Shown: one piece after another, positions 1 to 13,173 of the stretch
Layout: each line of letters begins with the position of its first letter
Position numbering within the stretch: the first letter of the stretch is position 1
Assembly (NCBI RefSeq): GCF_963921235.1
Contig: NC_086109.1
Span: 25,732,001 to 25,796,000, forward strand
DNA length: 64,000 bases
Direction of reading: 5' to 3'
Source of the DNA: Mobula hypostoma
Lineage: Eukaryota
Translations under genes and position numbers: made by a program
Notes under the pieces: generated by a model
What the model was told of the DNA's origin: nothing
The model's database searches: none
Seen by the model: only the letters and a program-made list of their open reading frames with translations

Positions 1-3000
1 ATCCTAGGGGGACCAATATCCTGGCAGGGAGATTAGCGAGGGCTACTGAGATGACTTTAAACTAGAATGGTTGGGGGGTGGGAATCAAATTAAAGAGGCT
101 AGGCGTGAGGAGGTTAGTTCACAACAGGGGGATGGGAACCAGTGCAGAGAGACAGAGAGGTGTAAAGTGAGGGTAGAAGCAAAAAGTACTAAGGAGAAAA
201 GTACAAGTGCAGGCCGACAAATCCAGGACAAGCATTAAAAAGGGCCACTTTTCAACATAATTGTATAAGGGCTAAGAGAGTTGTAAAAGAGCGCCTGAAG
301 GCTTTGTGTGTCAATGCAAGGAGCATTCGTAATAAGGTGGATGAATTGAAAGTGCAGATTGTTATTAATGATTATGATATAGTTGGGATCACAGAGACAT
401 GGCTCCAGGGTGACCAAGGATGGGAGCTCAATGTTCAGGGATATTCAATATTCAGGAGGGATAGACATGAAGGAAGGGGGGGTGGGGTGGCGTTGCTGGT
501 TAAAGAAGAGATTAACGCAATAGAAAGGAAGGACATAAGCCGGGAAGATGTGGAATCGATATGGGTAGAGCTGCGTAACACTAAGGGGCAGAAGACGCTG
601 GTGGGAGTTGTGTACAGGCCACCTAACAGTAGTAGTGAGGTTCGAGATGGTATTAAACAGGAAATTAGAAATGTGTGCAATAAAGGAACAGCAGTTATAA
701 TGGGTGACTTCAATCTACATGTAGATTGGGTGAACCAAATTGGTAAAGGTGCTGAGGAAGAGGATTTCTTGGAATGTATGCAGGATGGTTTTTTGAACCA
801 ACATGTCGAGGAACCAACTAGAGATCAGACTATTCTGGACTGGGTTTTGAGCAATGAGGAAGGGTTAATTAGCAATCTTGTCGTGAGAGGCCCCTTGGGT
901 AAGAGTGACCATAATATGGTGGAATTCTTCATTAGGATGGAGAGTGACATAGATAATTCAGAAACAAAGGTTCTGAACTTAAAGAGGGGTAACTTTGAAG
1001 GTATGAGACGTGAATTAGCTAAGATAGACTGGCAAATGACACTTAAAGGATTGACGATGGATATGCAATGGCAAGCATTTAAAGGTTGCATGGATGAACT
1101 ACAACAATTGTTCATCCCAGTTTGGCAAAAGAATAAATCAAGGAAGGTAGTGCACCCATGACTGACAAGAGAAATTAGGGATAGTATCAATTCCAAAGAA
1201 GAAGCATACAAATTAGCCAGAGAAAGTGGCTCACCTGAGGACTGGGAGAAATTCAGAGTTCAGCAGAGGAGGACAAAGGGCTTAATTAGGAAGGGGAAAA
1301 AAGATTATGAGAGAAAACTGGCAGGGAACATAAAAACTGACTGTAAAAGCTTTTATAGATATGTAAAAAGGAAAAGTAAAGACAAATGTAGGTCCGCTAC
1401 AGACAGAAACAGGTGAATTAATTATGGGGAGCAAGGACATGGCAGACCAATTGAATAATTACTTTGGTTCTGTCTTCACTAAGGAGGACATAAATAATCT
1501 TCCAGAAATAGTAGGGGACAGAGGGTCCAGTGAGATGGAGGAACTGAGCAAAATACTTGTTAGTAGGGAAGTGGTGTTAGGTAAATTGAAGGGATTGAAG
1601 GCAGATAAATCCCCAGCGCCAGATGGTCTGCATCCTAGAGTGCTTAAGGAAGTAGCCCAAGAAATAGTGGATGCATTAGTGATAATTTTTCAAAACTTGT
1701 TAGATTCTGGACTAGATCCTGAGGATTGGAGGGTGGCTAATGTAACCCCACTTTTTAAAAAAGGAGGGAGAGAGAAACCGGGGAATTATAGACCAGTTAG
1801 CCTAACGTTGGTGGTGGGGAACTGCTGGAGTCAGTTATCAAAGATGTGATAACAGCACATTTGGAAAGCGGTGAAATCATCGGACAAAGTCAGCATGGAT
1901 TTGTGAAAGGAAAATCATGTCTGACGAATCTCATAGAATTTTTTGAGGATGTAACTAGTAGAGTGGATAGGGGAGAACCAGTGGATGTGGTATATTTGGA
2001 TTTTCAAAAGGCTTTTGACAAGGTCCCACACAGGAGATTAGTGTGCAAACTTAAAGCACACGGTATCGGGGGTAAGGTATTGATGTGGATGGAGAATTGG
2101 TTAGCAGACAGGAAGCAAAGAGTGGGAATAAACGGGACCTTTTCAGAATGGCAGGCGGTGACTAGTGAGGTACGGCAAGGCTCAGTGCTGGGACCCCAGT
2201 TGTTTACAATATATATTAATAACTTGGATGAGGGAATTAAATGCAGCATCTCCAAGTTTGCGGATGACACGAAGCTGGGTGGCAGTGTTAGCTGTGAGGA
2301 GGGTGCTAAGAGGATGCAGAGTGACTTGGATAGGTTGGGTGAGTGGGCAAATTCATGGCAGATGCAATGTAACGTGGATAAATGTGAAGTTATCCACTTT
2401 GGTGGCAAAAATAGGAAAACAGATTATTATCTGAATGGTGGCCGATTAGGAAAAGGGGAGGTGCAACGAGACCTTGGTGTCATTATACACCAGTCATTGA
2501 AAGTGGGCATGCAGGTACAGCAGGCGGTGAAAAAGGCGAATGTTATGCTGGCATTTATAGCGAGAGGATTCGAGTACAGGAGCAGAGAGGTACTACTGCA
2601 GTTGTACAAGGCCTTGGTGAGACCACACCTGGAGTATTGTGTGCGGTTTTGGTCCCCTAATCTGAGGAAAGACATCCTAGCCATAGAGTGAGTACAAAGA
2701 AGGTTCACCAGATTGATTCCTGGGATGGCAGGACTTTCATATGAAGAAAGACTGGATGAACTGGGCTTGTACTCGTTGGAATTTAGAAGATTGAGGGGGG
2801 ATCTGATTGAAACGTATAAAATCCTAAAGGGGTTGGACAGGCTAGATGCAGGAAGATTGTTCCCGATGTTGGGGAAGTCCAGAACAAGGGGTCACAGTTT
2901 GAGGATAAAGGGGAAGCCTTTTAGGACCGAGATTAGGAAAAACTTCTTCACACAGAGAGTGGTGAATCTGTGGAATTCTCTGCCACAGGAATCAGTTGAG

Positions 3001-3188
3001 GCCAGTTCATTGGCTATATTTAAGAAGGAGTTAGATATGGCCCTTGTGGCTACGGGGATCAGGGGGTATGGAGGGAAGGCTGGGGCGGGGTTCTGAGTTG
3101 GATGATCAACCATGATCATAGTAAATGGCGGTGCAGGCTTGAAGGGCCGAATGGCCTACTCCTGCACCTATTTTCTATGTTTCTATGT
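1..3188 (+). mobile_element. CR1-clade LINE, young but disrupted; ORF1 C-terminus plus ORF2 (APE endonuclease and RT)
   Basis: ORF1 end PRGTNILAGRLARATEMTLN* (stop 63-65). ORF2 pieces at 304-1161 (NARSI, ITETW, GDFN, SDH), 1424-1849, 1846-2691 (YLDFQKAFD, KFADD) and 2713-3096. Broken by stops at 1159 and 2689 and by frameshifts near 1375 and 1820. Ends in a (TTCTATGT)n tail. Confidence 0.95.
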
Positions 3189-3501
3189 AAATATCAAAAA
3201 AATTACCATGAAGAGCAGTAAGCGACTAAAATCAATCAACATTTGGTGTGACCATCTTTTGCCTTTAAAACTGCATCAATTATCTTTACCACACTGTCGT
3301 GCAGTTTTTATAAGAAATTGGCTGGTATGTTGTACCAAGCATCTTGGAGAACTTGCCACGGCTCTTCTGGAGACTTTGGCTGTCTTGCTTGCCTCTGTCT
3401 CTCCAGGTAATCCCAGACAGCCTCGATGATGTTGTGATCAGTGGTCTGTGGAGGCTATTCCGTCTGAAATCATATAAAAATAAGACTGTGGCACATTACT
3501 G
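3188..3501. mobile_element. Right part of a Tc1/mariner-derived MITE, interrupted by the CR1
   Basis: Aligns to 21077-21380; ends GCACATTACTG followed by TA. Confidence 0.75.
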
Positions 3502-4189
3502 TACTGTCCTGAGTGCCATATTTGAAACAATATATAGAAGCTTTTGAGAGGGTGAAGAAGATTTATACAATGATGGTGTCAGAATAGAGGTAATGAATAT
3601 CAGGAAATAGTGAAGAAACTGTATCTCTTCTCTTGAGAAAGGAAGACCAGGTGATGCAAAGACTAATTTAAAATCATGACAACTTTCGATGGATGGAGAC
3701 AGAGAGAATGCTTTCACTTGTGGGGAAGAAGATAACAAGAGGCTATCAATTTGAGATAATTATCCAAAGGTCCAATAGTGAATTCTGAAGAAAGTTCTTT
3801 ACTGAAAGAACATGAGATGGTCAACAACAGAGAGATCCATTTAGAAAAGCTAGACAAACATATGAAGAATAAGCAATAGACATTAGGTGAGGAAAGGCAA
3901 GAGGGGGCTTAAGTGGACCATAAATATTTGGCATGGACCGATTGGTCAGTAAATCCTGTTTCTGTGCTGTATTTCCTATATAATTTTGATCTTGTACATC
4001 TTCATCAAATAATGCAAGTGGCCAGCGTTGACATTTGTTCACTTTCTTCCAAAAGTACAATGTTCTGGGATTTCTGCTGCTATAAAACTGACTCTTGCAA
4101 AGCACAAAATGCAGTAAGATCATCTTTAACAGTCTGATCACCATGGGCTTACTGCACAGTATTCAATGTTAAATTGTGACTCATAGTTG

Positions 4190-4540
4190 AAAGTTCAAAG
4201 TAAATTTATTAACAATATACATTTTTGTAACCATATATAAACCTGAGATTCATTTTCTTCTGGGCATTCACAGTAGATATAAAGAAACTGCATAGAGTCA
4301 ATGAAAAACCTCAGACAACAAGACAGGCAAACAACCATGTGCAAAAGACAATAAACTGTGCAAATACAAAAAGAAAAGAAAAAATAAATAAATAAGCAAT
4401 AAATATTGAGAACTTGAGATAAAGAGCCTTGAAAGTGAGTTCAAAGGTTGTGGGAACAGTCCGGTGTTGGGCTCAGTGAAGTTGAGTGAAGTTACCGCCT
4501 CTGGTTCAAGAGCCTGATGGTTGAGGGGTAATAACTGTTA
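4190..4540 (-). mobile_element. Rex/Babar-type LINE 3' fragment
   Basis: AAAGTTCAAAGTAAATTTATT tail and end-of-ORF sequence resembling the other Rex fragments in the window. Confidence 0.5.
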
Positions 4541-6089
4541 GAGGAAGGCAGCCAGACTGGGGAAGAATATAGCTTCAGGATGTAGGATGCTGTTGAAGAT
4601 GTGCAGAGGGACAGCAGTAATGTGAGAGTCAACAGTTAATGGATGGACCTTGCCAGTTTCTTTCCACTAAAGGTCAGGAAAAGCTACTTGTGTCCTATAT
4701 GGGGAAGAACAAGTTGGATCTCACAGAGATTGTTTTAATGATTATTGTTCAGATTGAAGGGCAGGATTAAGGGTATGGTAAATCCAAAATCACCTCCAAA
4801 TACCATGTGCTGGTCGATGTAAGGGTTCTACTTGACAACGTCTCAATGGCCCCTCCATACAAAAGAATATTGTCAATGCATTATGATTTCTAATTTTTCC
4901 TATAACTACTGAGGTCATAGTTTCATATACATCACAAATGCATGCCTAGAAATTAGATTTCACTTCTTTTGATATGCGAAAACAACATGTATAGAAAGGA
5001 GTAAACGTTTCAGGCCGAAACCTTCCCTCATGTGTAAGAAACTGTTATGTTCATTGGACTTCTTAGGCCTTAGTCAAACAAGCAACTCAGATACTACGTA
5101 ACTAATTCGCTTCATGTGTGCTCTGTTGTCTCTGAGAAAAAGGGCCGTATGCTTCATTCTGGTAGGATCTGTGCTGAGGGACTTCCTTCCATTCTATATG
5201 GCATTCCTTCCATCCCTATCCATTTCTGCTCATTAGATGATATTTGATAAATAACCCATTTATTATGTTTATGATGTCCCTTTGCGAGTTTCAATAGATA
5301 AGGTGAAATGCAAAGTTTAGGGTTTGTTGAGTATCAGAGATAAAGCATTTATATGTGTACATTCATAGTGCTGCAGAAAACAAGATTCAAGTTTGTTTTT
5401 CACATGTACCTGTACATCAAAACATACAATGAAATGTGAAGCTTACATTAGCAACCAGCAAACCCATGGGTGTTCTGGGGGCAGCCTGCAAGTGTTGTCA
5501 CACAGTCCAGCACCTCCAGCATTTTGTGTGTGTTACTCTGGATTTCCAGCATTTGCAAAATCTTTGGTGTTTATAGTTTCTTATAATAGCTTTCCCTGCC
5601 TGACTCAGGAAATTTTACAAATCATGTGTCAAGTTAGAGAGCAACCGAACACTGTGCTGAGAGAAGGGAGTGTCTCTGTGCTTCTTTCCCATGAGGATGG
5701 TGAACCCTCCCTGCCCCTTCTCCAGCCTGGTGCCCCTCTGTCAACGTGTTCATACTCTTGGCCTCAGTGGAAGATACAAACTATATCAGCTGAATAACCA
5801 GATCTTGCACAAAATATGTCAGAAGAGATTATCAGAGAAGAATAAGAGGCAGCTTCAGAATAATTAAAGAAAATGTGAGGGAGATTATAGTGAACACAAT
5901 ATAGGCTACTCAGCCAACATCCAGAGTAAATGTGAGAGAGATGCCAATCAGACTGAAATCATCAAGAAGATCCCAGAGACTGAGAAACTTTTTGGTACAG
6001 TTGAACATGTAACTTATTAAATGTCTATGTATATGTAGGTCTGTAACACTGTAACAGTGAAGCTACTAGAACTTGATGTTTCAATCTCT

Positions 6090-6430
6090 ATGGTAAGTTG
6101 GCACTCTCGATGTTGGCAGTGGGCTTGGAGTGGTGACAAGGAGGGAGGGTAGGTACGTCATCGGGGTCATCAGGTGGGCACCCTCCTGCTTTGACATTTC
6201 GTTGATAAGCCCACGACGTCTCCAGAGGGCTCAACGGTGCTACCTGGTGTCCCAGATACACCCCCCTCAGTTCCATACCCTCCTGTCTTCATCTTGCAGC
6301 CCAGTTGTTGTCTTTCCTTTTAATCCAAATCCAATTGCTGCTTTCTTCTGCTGCATTTGACAAGGACTTGATTGCTTGTTGGAGGGAGTGACCCCTCACC
6401 CCCATCTTCTTCAATAGAAGTTCTTTTATG
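6090..6430 (-). mobile_element. 3' fragment of a restriction-like-endonuclease LINE (HERO-like)
   Basis: ORF 6289-6636 ends LLKKMGVRGHSLQQAIKSLSNAAEESSNWIWIKRKDNNWAAR*, resembling recalled HERO-clade C-termini, followed by a GC-richer 3' UTR. Confidence 0.55.
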
Positions 6431-6649
6431 CAGTGGGAAACTGTGTAATATACAGTATGTAGTATTGCTTGTAATAAGGCAACTGTTGCCTTAATCTTAC
6501 ATCTTGGGTTTGATGTGGAAATAGAACATGATCTACTGTATGTGAAATATAAATTGTCAACTTTCAGCAAGTATTTCTTAGTTCCATATACTTCGATGTC
6601 TTTTCCCATTCTATTTGAATGTCCAAAAGTGGCCAAGAAATCTCAACAT

Positions 6650-7620
6650 TTACCCTTTCTCACACGCTCTTAAGTCCTTTTCTTTCTGTATTGGTTGGAA
6701 ACGTAATCTTTGACACCATGTTCTCTCCATTATTTTCCTCTATTAGTGTGGTTGCACAAGGCTTAACCTTGTTCTGAACTAATTTCTCAGCTTGCATGCA
6801 ACCCATGGTAGAGCGGGGCATTGGTCCTGCACATCAGCTGCAAGATTACATTTCTTTGCTTCAGAGACCAGTCCTGCTTGTTGTTCATTAAATGTCTCCA
6901 TAAATTCTGCTTCACATTCCAGAAAAATTATTCTGCTTCTCCATCTGAAGCAGATGAAATGGTAATGTGAGACTGTTTAATGCCATTACTGCACATAAAG
7001 CCATTAAGTTGATTGGGAAGAATATAGGCCCTTTGTCTGATGCTGGATCTTTTGGTAAACCATAGGCCATAAAGATTAACCATAGTAGGTCAAAGGCCCT
7101 TTTCTGTGGTGGTTGATCCCAGTAGTCACATTTTCCACTGCTTAACTTTTCTATGTCCAGATATAATGAAGCAGTGTCATCTCATCTGGCAGAAGTAAAC
7201 ACTGACCCTTTAGCATAGTCTTGCAAAATACTCCTATGTCTCAACTGGTATCCTCAGGGGTTAGGCACTACAAACTTGGCAAGTTAACTTTCTTAATTAT
7301 GTCTTAGTCTATGCCAGACTAATGAATAAACACATGTGTCATATGCACCATGCCAAAACACAGTTAATGGAACTCCCTTAAGATTCATCTTTCAAATACC
7401 CTAGGAGTAACCATCTAATTTCCACAAGTAACCCATTCTCGATTTGTAATAATTCATCTCATCTGTAGTATCAAGTTTAGTTGCATTCGGTGTTACCAAC
7501 ATCAGAATTGTTCCACCTAATGAAGGTACATTCATATACAGGGCAGCAGCTTTTTGAATGTAATGCATTGCAATTTCTTCAAATGTGACTGGGAAATCCT
7601 TCCTTAGTACCCTATGGAAC
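6650..7620 (-). mobile_element. Degenerate Gypsy LTR-retrotransposon pol (integrase) relic
   Basis: Frameshifted minus-strand translation gives STTTEK..FMAYGLPKDPASDKGPIF..FMCSNGIK..FH.ASDGEAE, matching the integrase core pattern FARYGLPEELVSDNGPQF...NGIKH...PYHPASNGAAER. Confidence 0.6.
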
Positions 7621-8137
7621 TGCAGTGCGCGTGGCATCCATGCTCATTTGGGGGCTAGCCTCTCCTGTTGGTGCTGCCCTCCAGTGTTTGAGTGGTGGAA
7701 TGACATGCTGGATTGTGTGAGTGGACACTGTCAAGAGACTGACCCAACAAATTGAGGGACCTGCCACTCAGGGTCTTGTACAATATGAGGCTTTTTTTTG
7801 CGTGACTTTTTTTTTGGCTTGCTATTTTGAGCTCGCTGTGTATGCTTTGCACCTTGGCCTCAGAGGAATGCTGTTTCATTCGGCTGTTTGCATGTGTGGT
7901 TGAATGGTAATTAAACCTGATTTGATTACTTTGTGGCAATCTGTGGTAAGAAATTGGCACAATATTTTAGTATGTCAAGGAATGTCATGAACTGAATGAT
8001 GTTTTCTGGTCTGTGGGCATTTTGTTGTAGTGTCAAGGTGCAGTACATTTACATCTATTTTTGGCCCGAGATAGATCGACCTCCTTTTGCAGAAAGTTAT
8101 ATTTTTCCATAGTAAAATATCTTTAAATAATCTAAAC

Positions 8138-8615
8138 GTACAGAGAAAATTTACGAGGATGTTGCCTGGATTTGAGAACCTAAGTTACAGGGAAGGTTGA
8201 ATAGATTAGTACATTTTTCCCTGGAGCATGAGAGATTGAGGGGAGATTTGATCGAGATGTACAAAATTATGATGGACATTGATAGGGAAAATGCAAGCAA
8301 GCTTTTTCCCCTGAGGTGATTTGGGTGAGACTAGAACAAGAGGTCATAGGTTAAGGGTGAAATGTCATATATTTAACAGGAAACTGAGGGGGATCTTTTT
8401 CACTCAGAGGGTCGTGAAAGTGTGCATGAGCTGCCAGTGGAAGGAGTAGATGCAGATTTGATTGAAACGTTTAAAGAAAATTTGGAGAAGTACATGGAAG
8501 GGAGGGGTATGTAGGGCTATGGTCCAGGTGCAGATCGATGGGATGAGGCAGAATAACCATTCAGCATGGACTATACTTATGGGCTGAAGTTCCTGTTTCA
8601 GTGCTCTATGACTGT
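8138..8615 (+). mobile_element. CR1 3' fragment
   Basis: VQRKFTRMLPG..., FFTQRVV motifs and a CR1 3' UTR. Confidence 0.8.
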
Positions 8616-9241
8616 ATAACCTAAATCATCTGTAGTTTTTGAGAGCTGTGACACTCAGTGGCTTCTGGATTACAGCAGAAACAAAGGAAATCCTGTAGCA
8701 TCTAATCCATTACAGTGCAGAAGAACTTAACTTCACGGAAACATTGCATATGCATGCAAAAATTTTATAATTAGTAACCATCAAATAGCTTTGGTTCACA
8801 GCCCTAGCATGAGCTGGGAGCATGAATTCGATGCAAAGCTTCCTTAAGATCTTTGGCCCTGTCACCTTGCACTCAGGTCCTCGAATATACTGTAGGTAAG
8901 AGATGCTGGTCATCATCTATTGCACTGTTCAGAGTGACCTTAGAATCACTTGGAAGAGTTTTATTAAACTTTGGAATCAGATCTATTAATGTTGCCCAGA
9001 CACTGTAATATTTTTTCAAAAGCATTTCATGATGCTCCAAGTCACAGATTCATTGTCATAGAAAAGTACAGCACAGAAAAAGGCCCTTCAAATTATCTAG
9101 TCCATGCCAAACCATTTAACCCACCTTGTCTCATCAACCTGCACCCAGACCATAGCCATTCATATTTCATATTTCACCCTTAACCCATGACCTCTGACTG
9201 TAGTCCCACCCAATCTCAGTGGAAAAAGCCTGCTTGGATTT

Positions 9242-9394
9242 TAGATCTCCCCCTCCCCCTCCCAGTCTCAAATCTCTTACTATCTCTTCTTTCAGTTAGT
9301 CCTGACGAAGGGTCTCGGCCCAAAATGTCGACTGTACTTCTTCCTATCGGTGCTGCCTGGCCTGCTGTGTTCCACCAGCATTTTGTGTGTGTTC
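9242..9394 (+). mobile_element. Penelope-like terminal fragment with hammerhead-ribozyme remnant, inserted in the CR1
   Basis: Flanked by the direct repeat CTTGGATTT (9233-9241 and 9395-9403). Contains AGTC-CTGACGA-AGGGTCTCGGCCC-AAAA-TGTC-GACT. Confidence 0.7.
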
Positions 9395-10891
9395 CTTGGA
9401 TTTACCCTATCTGTATCCCTCATAATTTCATATACTTCTATCAAATCTCCTCTCAATCTTCCACATTCCAAGGAATTAATTCCTAACCTATTAAATCTTT
9501 CCATATAACTCAGGTCCTCCAGACCCAGCAACATCCTTATAAGTTTTCTCTGTACTTATTTCTATCTTTCCTGTAAGTAGGAGACCAAAATTGCACCCAG
9601 ACCTCCAAATTAGGCCTCACCAATGTTGTATACAACTTCAAAATAACATCCCATCTCCTGTACTCAGTATTTTAATTTATGAAGGACAATGTGCCAAGAG
9701 CTTTCTTTACGACCCTGTCTAGCTGTGCCGACACTTTCAATGAATTATGGACTTGTATTTCCAGACCCCTTTGTTCCACTGCACTCCTTAGTGCCCGGCT
9801 ATTCACTGTGTCAGATTACCTTCATTGGTCCTACTGAAGTGCAACACCTCACACTTGCCTGCAAGAAATTCCATCTTCCATAGCTAGTCCAGATCCAGCA
9901 GCAAGCCCTAATAGTCTTCCTTGCTGTCCACTACACCCCTAATCCTGGTGACATCTTCAAATTTGCTGATCCAGTTAACCACATTATCATCCAGATCACT
10001 GATATAGATGACAAACAACAAAGGACCCAACACCAATCTCTGTGGCACTTGACTAGCCACAAGCCTCCAGTCAGAGAGGCAACCATCTACAGTACTACCA
10101 CTCTCTGGCTTCTCCCACAAAGCCAATGTTTAATCCAATTTAATACCTCATCTTGAATGCCAAGCAACTGAAACTTCCTAACCAATTTCCAATGTGGGAC
10201 CTTGTCCAGTGACTTACTAACGTCCATGTAGACAACATTCATTGCCTTGACTTCATTAACTTTCCTGATAACTTCCTCAAAAAACTCTTTAAATTGGTTA
10301 GACATCACCTACCACACATAAAGCCATGCTGACTATCCTTAATCAGTCCCTGTCTATCCAAGTACTCATATATCTGGTCCCTTAGAATGACTTCCAATAA
10401 CATTCCCACTACTGATATCGGGCTCACCAGCCTATAATTTCCTGGTTTAATTTTAGATCCTTTCTTGAACAGCAGGACAAGATTAGCTATCCTCCAATCC
10501 TCTGGTACCTCTTCCATAGCTAAGAATGATTTAATTATTTCTGTTAGGGCCCTTGTAATTTCTGCATTTGCCTCCCACAGTGTCTGAGAGACCAGCTTGT
10601 CAGGCCCTGGGGATTTATCCACCTTAATTTGCCTCAAGACAGCAAACACTTCCTCCTCTGTAATCTGCTGCTTCACTGCTGCTTTGCCTCACTTCTATAG
10701 ACTCTGCACCTGACTCCCAAGTAAATACAGATGCAAAAACATCTATTTAAGATCTCCCCCATCTTTTCTGGCACCGTGCATAGATTATCATTCTGATCTT
10801 CCAAGAGAACCAATTTTGTCCATTGCAATCCTTTTGCTCTTAACAAGTCTATAGAATCCATTAGGATTCTCCTTCATCTTGTCTGCAAGGG

Positions 10892-10975
10892 CAATAGACA
10901 ATAAACAATAGGTGCACGAGTAGGCCATTCGGCCCTTTGAGCCAGCACCGCCATTCACTGTGACCATGGCTGATC
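10892..10975 (-). mobile_element. Short CR1 3' tail insertion nested in the older CR1
   Basis: Same (CTATTGT)n-tailed end as 14338-14420 and 18397-18475. Confidence 0.75.
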
Positions 10976-13173
10976 TTGTGCCTTCTTTGAGCCCTCCTGA
11001 CTTTTTTCTTAAGGGTTCTCATGCATTTCTTGCACTCCATAAGTACCTCATTTGTTCCTACCTGCCTAAACCTCCCATGCACCTCTTTTTTATCTTAACC
11101 AGTGCTTGAGCATCTCTTCAAAACCAAGGTTCAGTAAGCTTGTTATCTTTACCACACTTGCCAGATTCTTTCTGATACCATCAAAATTGGCCCTCCTCCA
11201 ATTTAGACTCTCAAACCATGAACAAGACCTATCCTTTTCCATATTTACTTTGAAACTAATGGCATTAGAACCACTAGATGTTAAGTGTTCCCTTACATGA
11301 ACTTCTGTCATCTGCTTGTCTCAGTCCCTAACAGCAGATCAAGTATCACACTCTCTTTCGTTGAACCCTCCAGGTACTGATTAAAGAAATTTCCCTGAAC
11401 ACGTTTGACAAATTCTATCCCATCTAGTCCTTTTACAATCTGTGAGTCCCAGTCAACATGTGGAAAGTTAAAAGCACTTACTATTACAACCTTATGTTTC
11501 TTGCAAGTCTATGATCTCTCTACGAATCTGTTCCTTTAAACTCTTGTGGACTGTTAGATGGTCTATAATATAATCCAATTAATGACAACATACCTTCCTT
11601 ATTCCTCAGTTGCACCCATAAATTTACTAAACAAGTTTTCCTGTCTGTCCTGACTGAGCACTGCCAAGACATTTTCCCGGCCAGTAATGCCACCCTCCCT
11701 CCCCCTTTAATCCCTCCCAGTCTGTCACATCTAAAATAACAAAACCCCGGAATATTGAGCTGCCAGTCTTGTTGCACCAGCAACCAAGCTCACTAATGGC
11801 TACCATATCATAATTCCATGTGTTGATCCATGCCCTGAGCTCATCTGCTTTTCTTACGATACTTCCTGCGTTGAGATATACATATCTCAGGACATTAGTT
11901 GCACCATGCTCAATCTTTTGATTCCTGACTTTGTCTGAGGTCTTCACATCTGTCTCCACAACCACTCCACTATCTGTTCTGGCACTCTGGTCTCCTGCAA
12001 CTCTAGTTTAATTTTTTTCTCTGTAGCACCAGCATACCTTCCCGCTAACATATTAGTCCCCTCTAGGTCAGGTGTAAACTGTTTCTTGCATTTAGGTCCC
12101 ACCTTCCCTGGAAGAAAGCCCAACGATCCAAAAATCTGATGCCCTTCCTCCTGTACCATATTCTTTGCCACGTGTTAAACTCTATGATCTTCCTATTTCT
12201 GGCCTCATTAGCACATGGCATGGGTAGCAATCCTGAGATCACAACCCCAGATATCCTGCCCCTTAACTTAGCACCTAACTCCTTGAACTCGTTTTGCAGA
12301 ACCTCGTCACTCTTCCTACCCATGTCATTAGCACCTAAGTGGATCACGACCTCTGGCTGCTCACTCTCCTACTTAAGAATACTGAGCACTCAATCAGAGA
12401 TGTCTCAGACCCTGGCACCCGTGAGGCTACATACCATCTGGAAATCTCATTCTTGTCCACAGAAACTCCTTCTGTTCCCCTAACTAATTAATCCCCTTTC
12501 AACACAATGTGCCTCTTCTCCACCCTTCCCTTCTGAGTCACAGAGTCAGACTCAGTGCCAGAGACCTGACAACTATGACTTTTCCCCCACAGGTCATTGC
12601 CCCCCCCCCCCCGCCATCTCCCCACAGTATCGAAAGTGGTACACCTATTGTTGAGGGGAATGGCCACAAGGATACTCTGCACTGGCTATGTAATCCCTTT
12701 CCCTTTCCTGACTGTCACCCAGTCTCCCAAGCCCTGTACCTTTGCACCTTGGGTGTAACTACCTGTCTATATGTCCTGTCTATCACCCCTTCAGCCTGCC
12801 AAATGATCTGGACTTCATTAAGTTCCAGCTTTAACACCATAATCTGGAGTGTTAGAAGCTGCAGCTAGAGCCTCAAATAATCACTGTCCACTCTAACAAA
12901 GGCTGCTCCAACAATGGCCACAGCACTTGCCCCTGCCTTATATTTATTTGTTCTTGCCAATCGGTTTGATCGCTGATTGGCTGCTTCTCAAACACCAAAG
13001 CACTGCGACTTGATGTCTTATGTACTCAATCGGCAAATCTGGGTGAGCTACATCTTCTCATGCTTCCAATCACTGATTGGCCAGTGCTCATACACCAAAC
13101 TGCTGGAAGTCGACGCCTTTAGTTCATTCTTTAGTACAGTCCTCTTCCAAGTCCTTTAGTCCAGGTCTTAGCA

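Larger units (their letters stand above)
9041..12870 (-). mobile_element. Near full-length decayed CR1 LINE (ORF1 SGNH esterase-like domain, ORF2 EN/RT)
   Basis: ORF1 fragment HLGANDMGRK...VVISGLLPMP...LHL (12063-12347); EN fragment YLNAGSI...WNYDMVAISE; RT fragments [32 protein letters not shown]. Many frameshifts. Confidence 0.9.

Noticed and set aside
435..3119. Long antisense ORFs over CR1 and Rex elements, here and across the window
   Set aside because: They are shadow ORFs of LINE coding strands with no independent protein signature.
5393..5867. ORFs as a possible ALX3 exon 1
   Set aside because: Partly SINE and Penelope derived, with no Alx-like N-terminus and no convincing donor or promoter.
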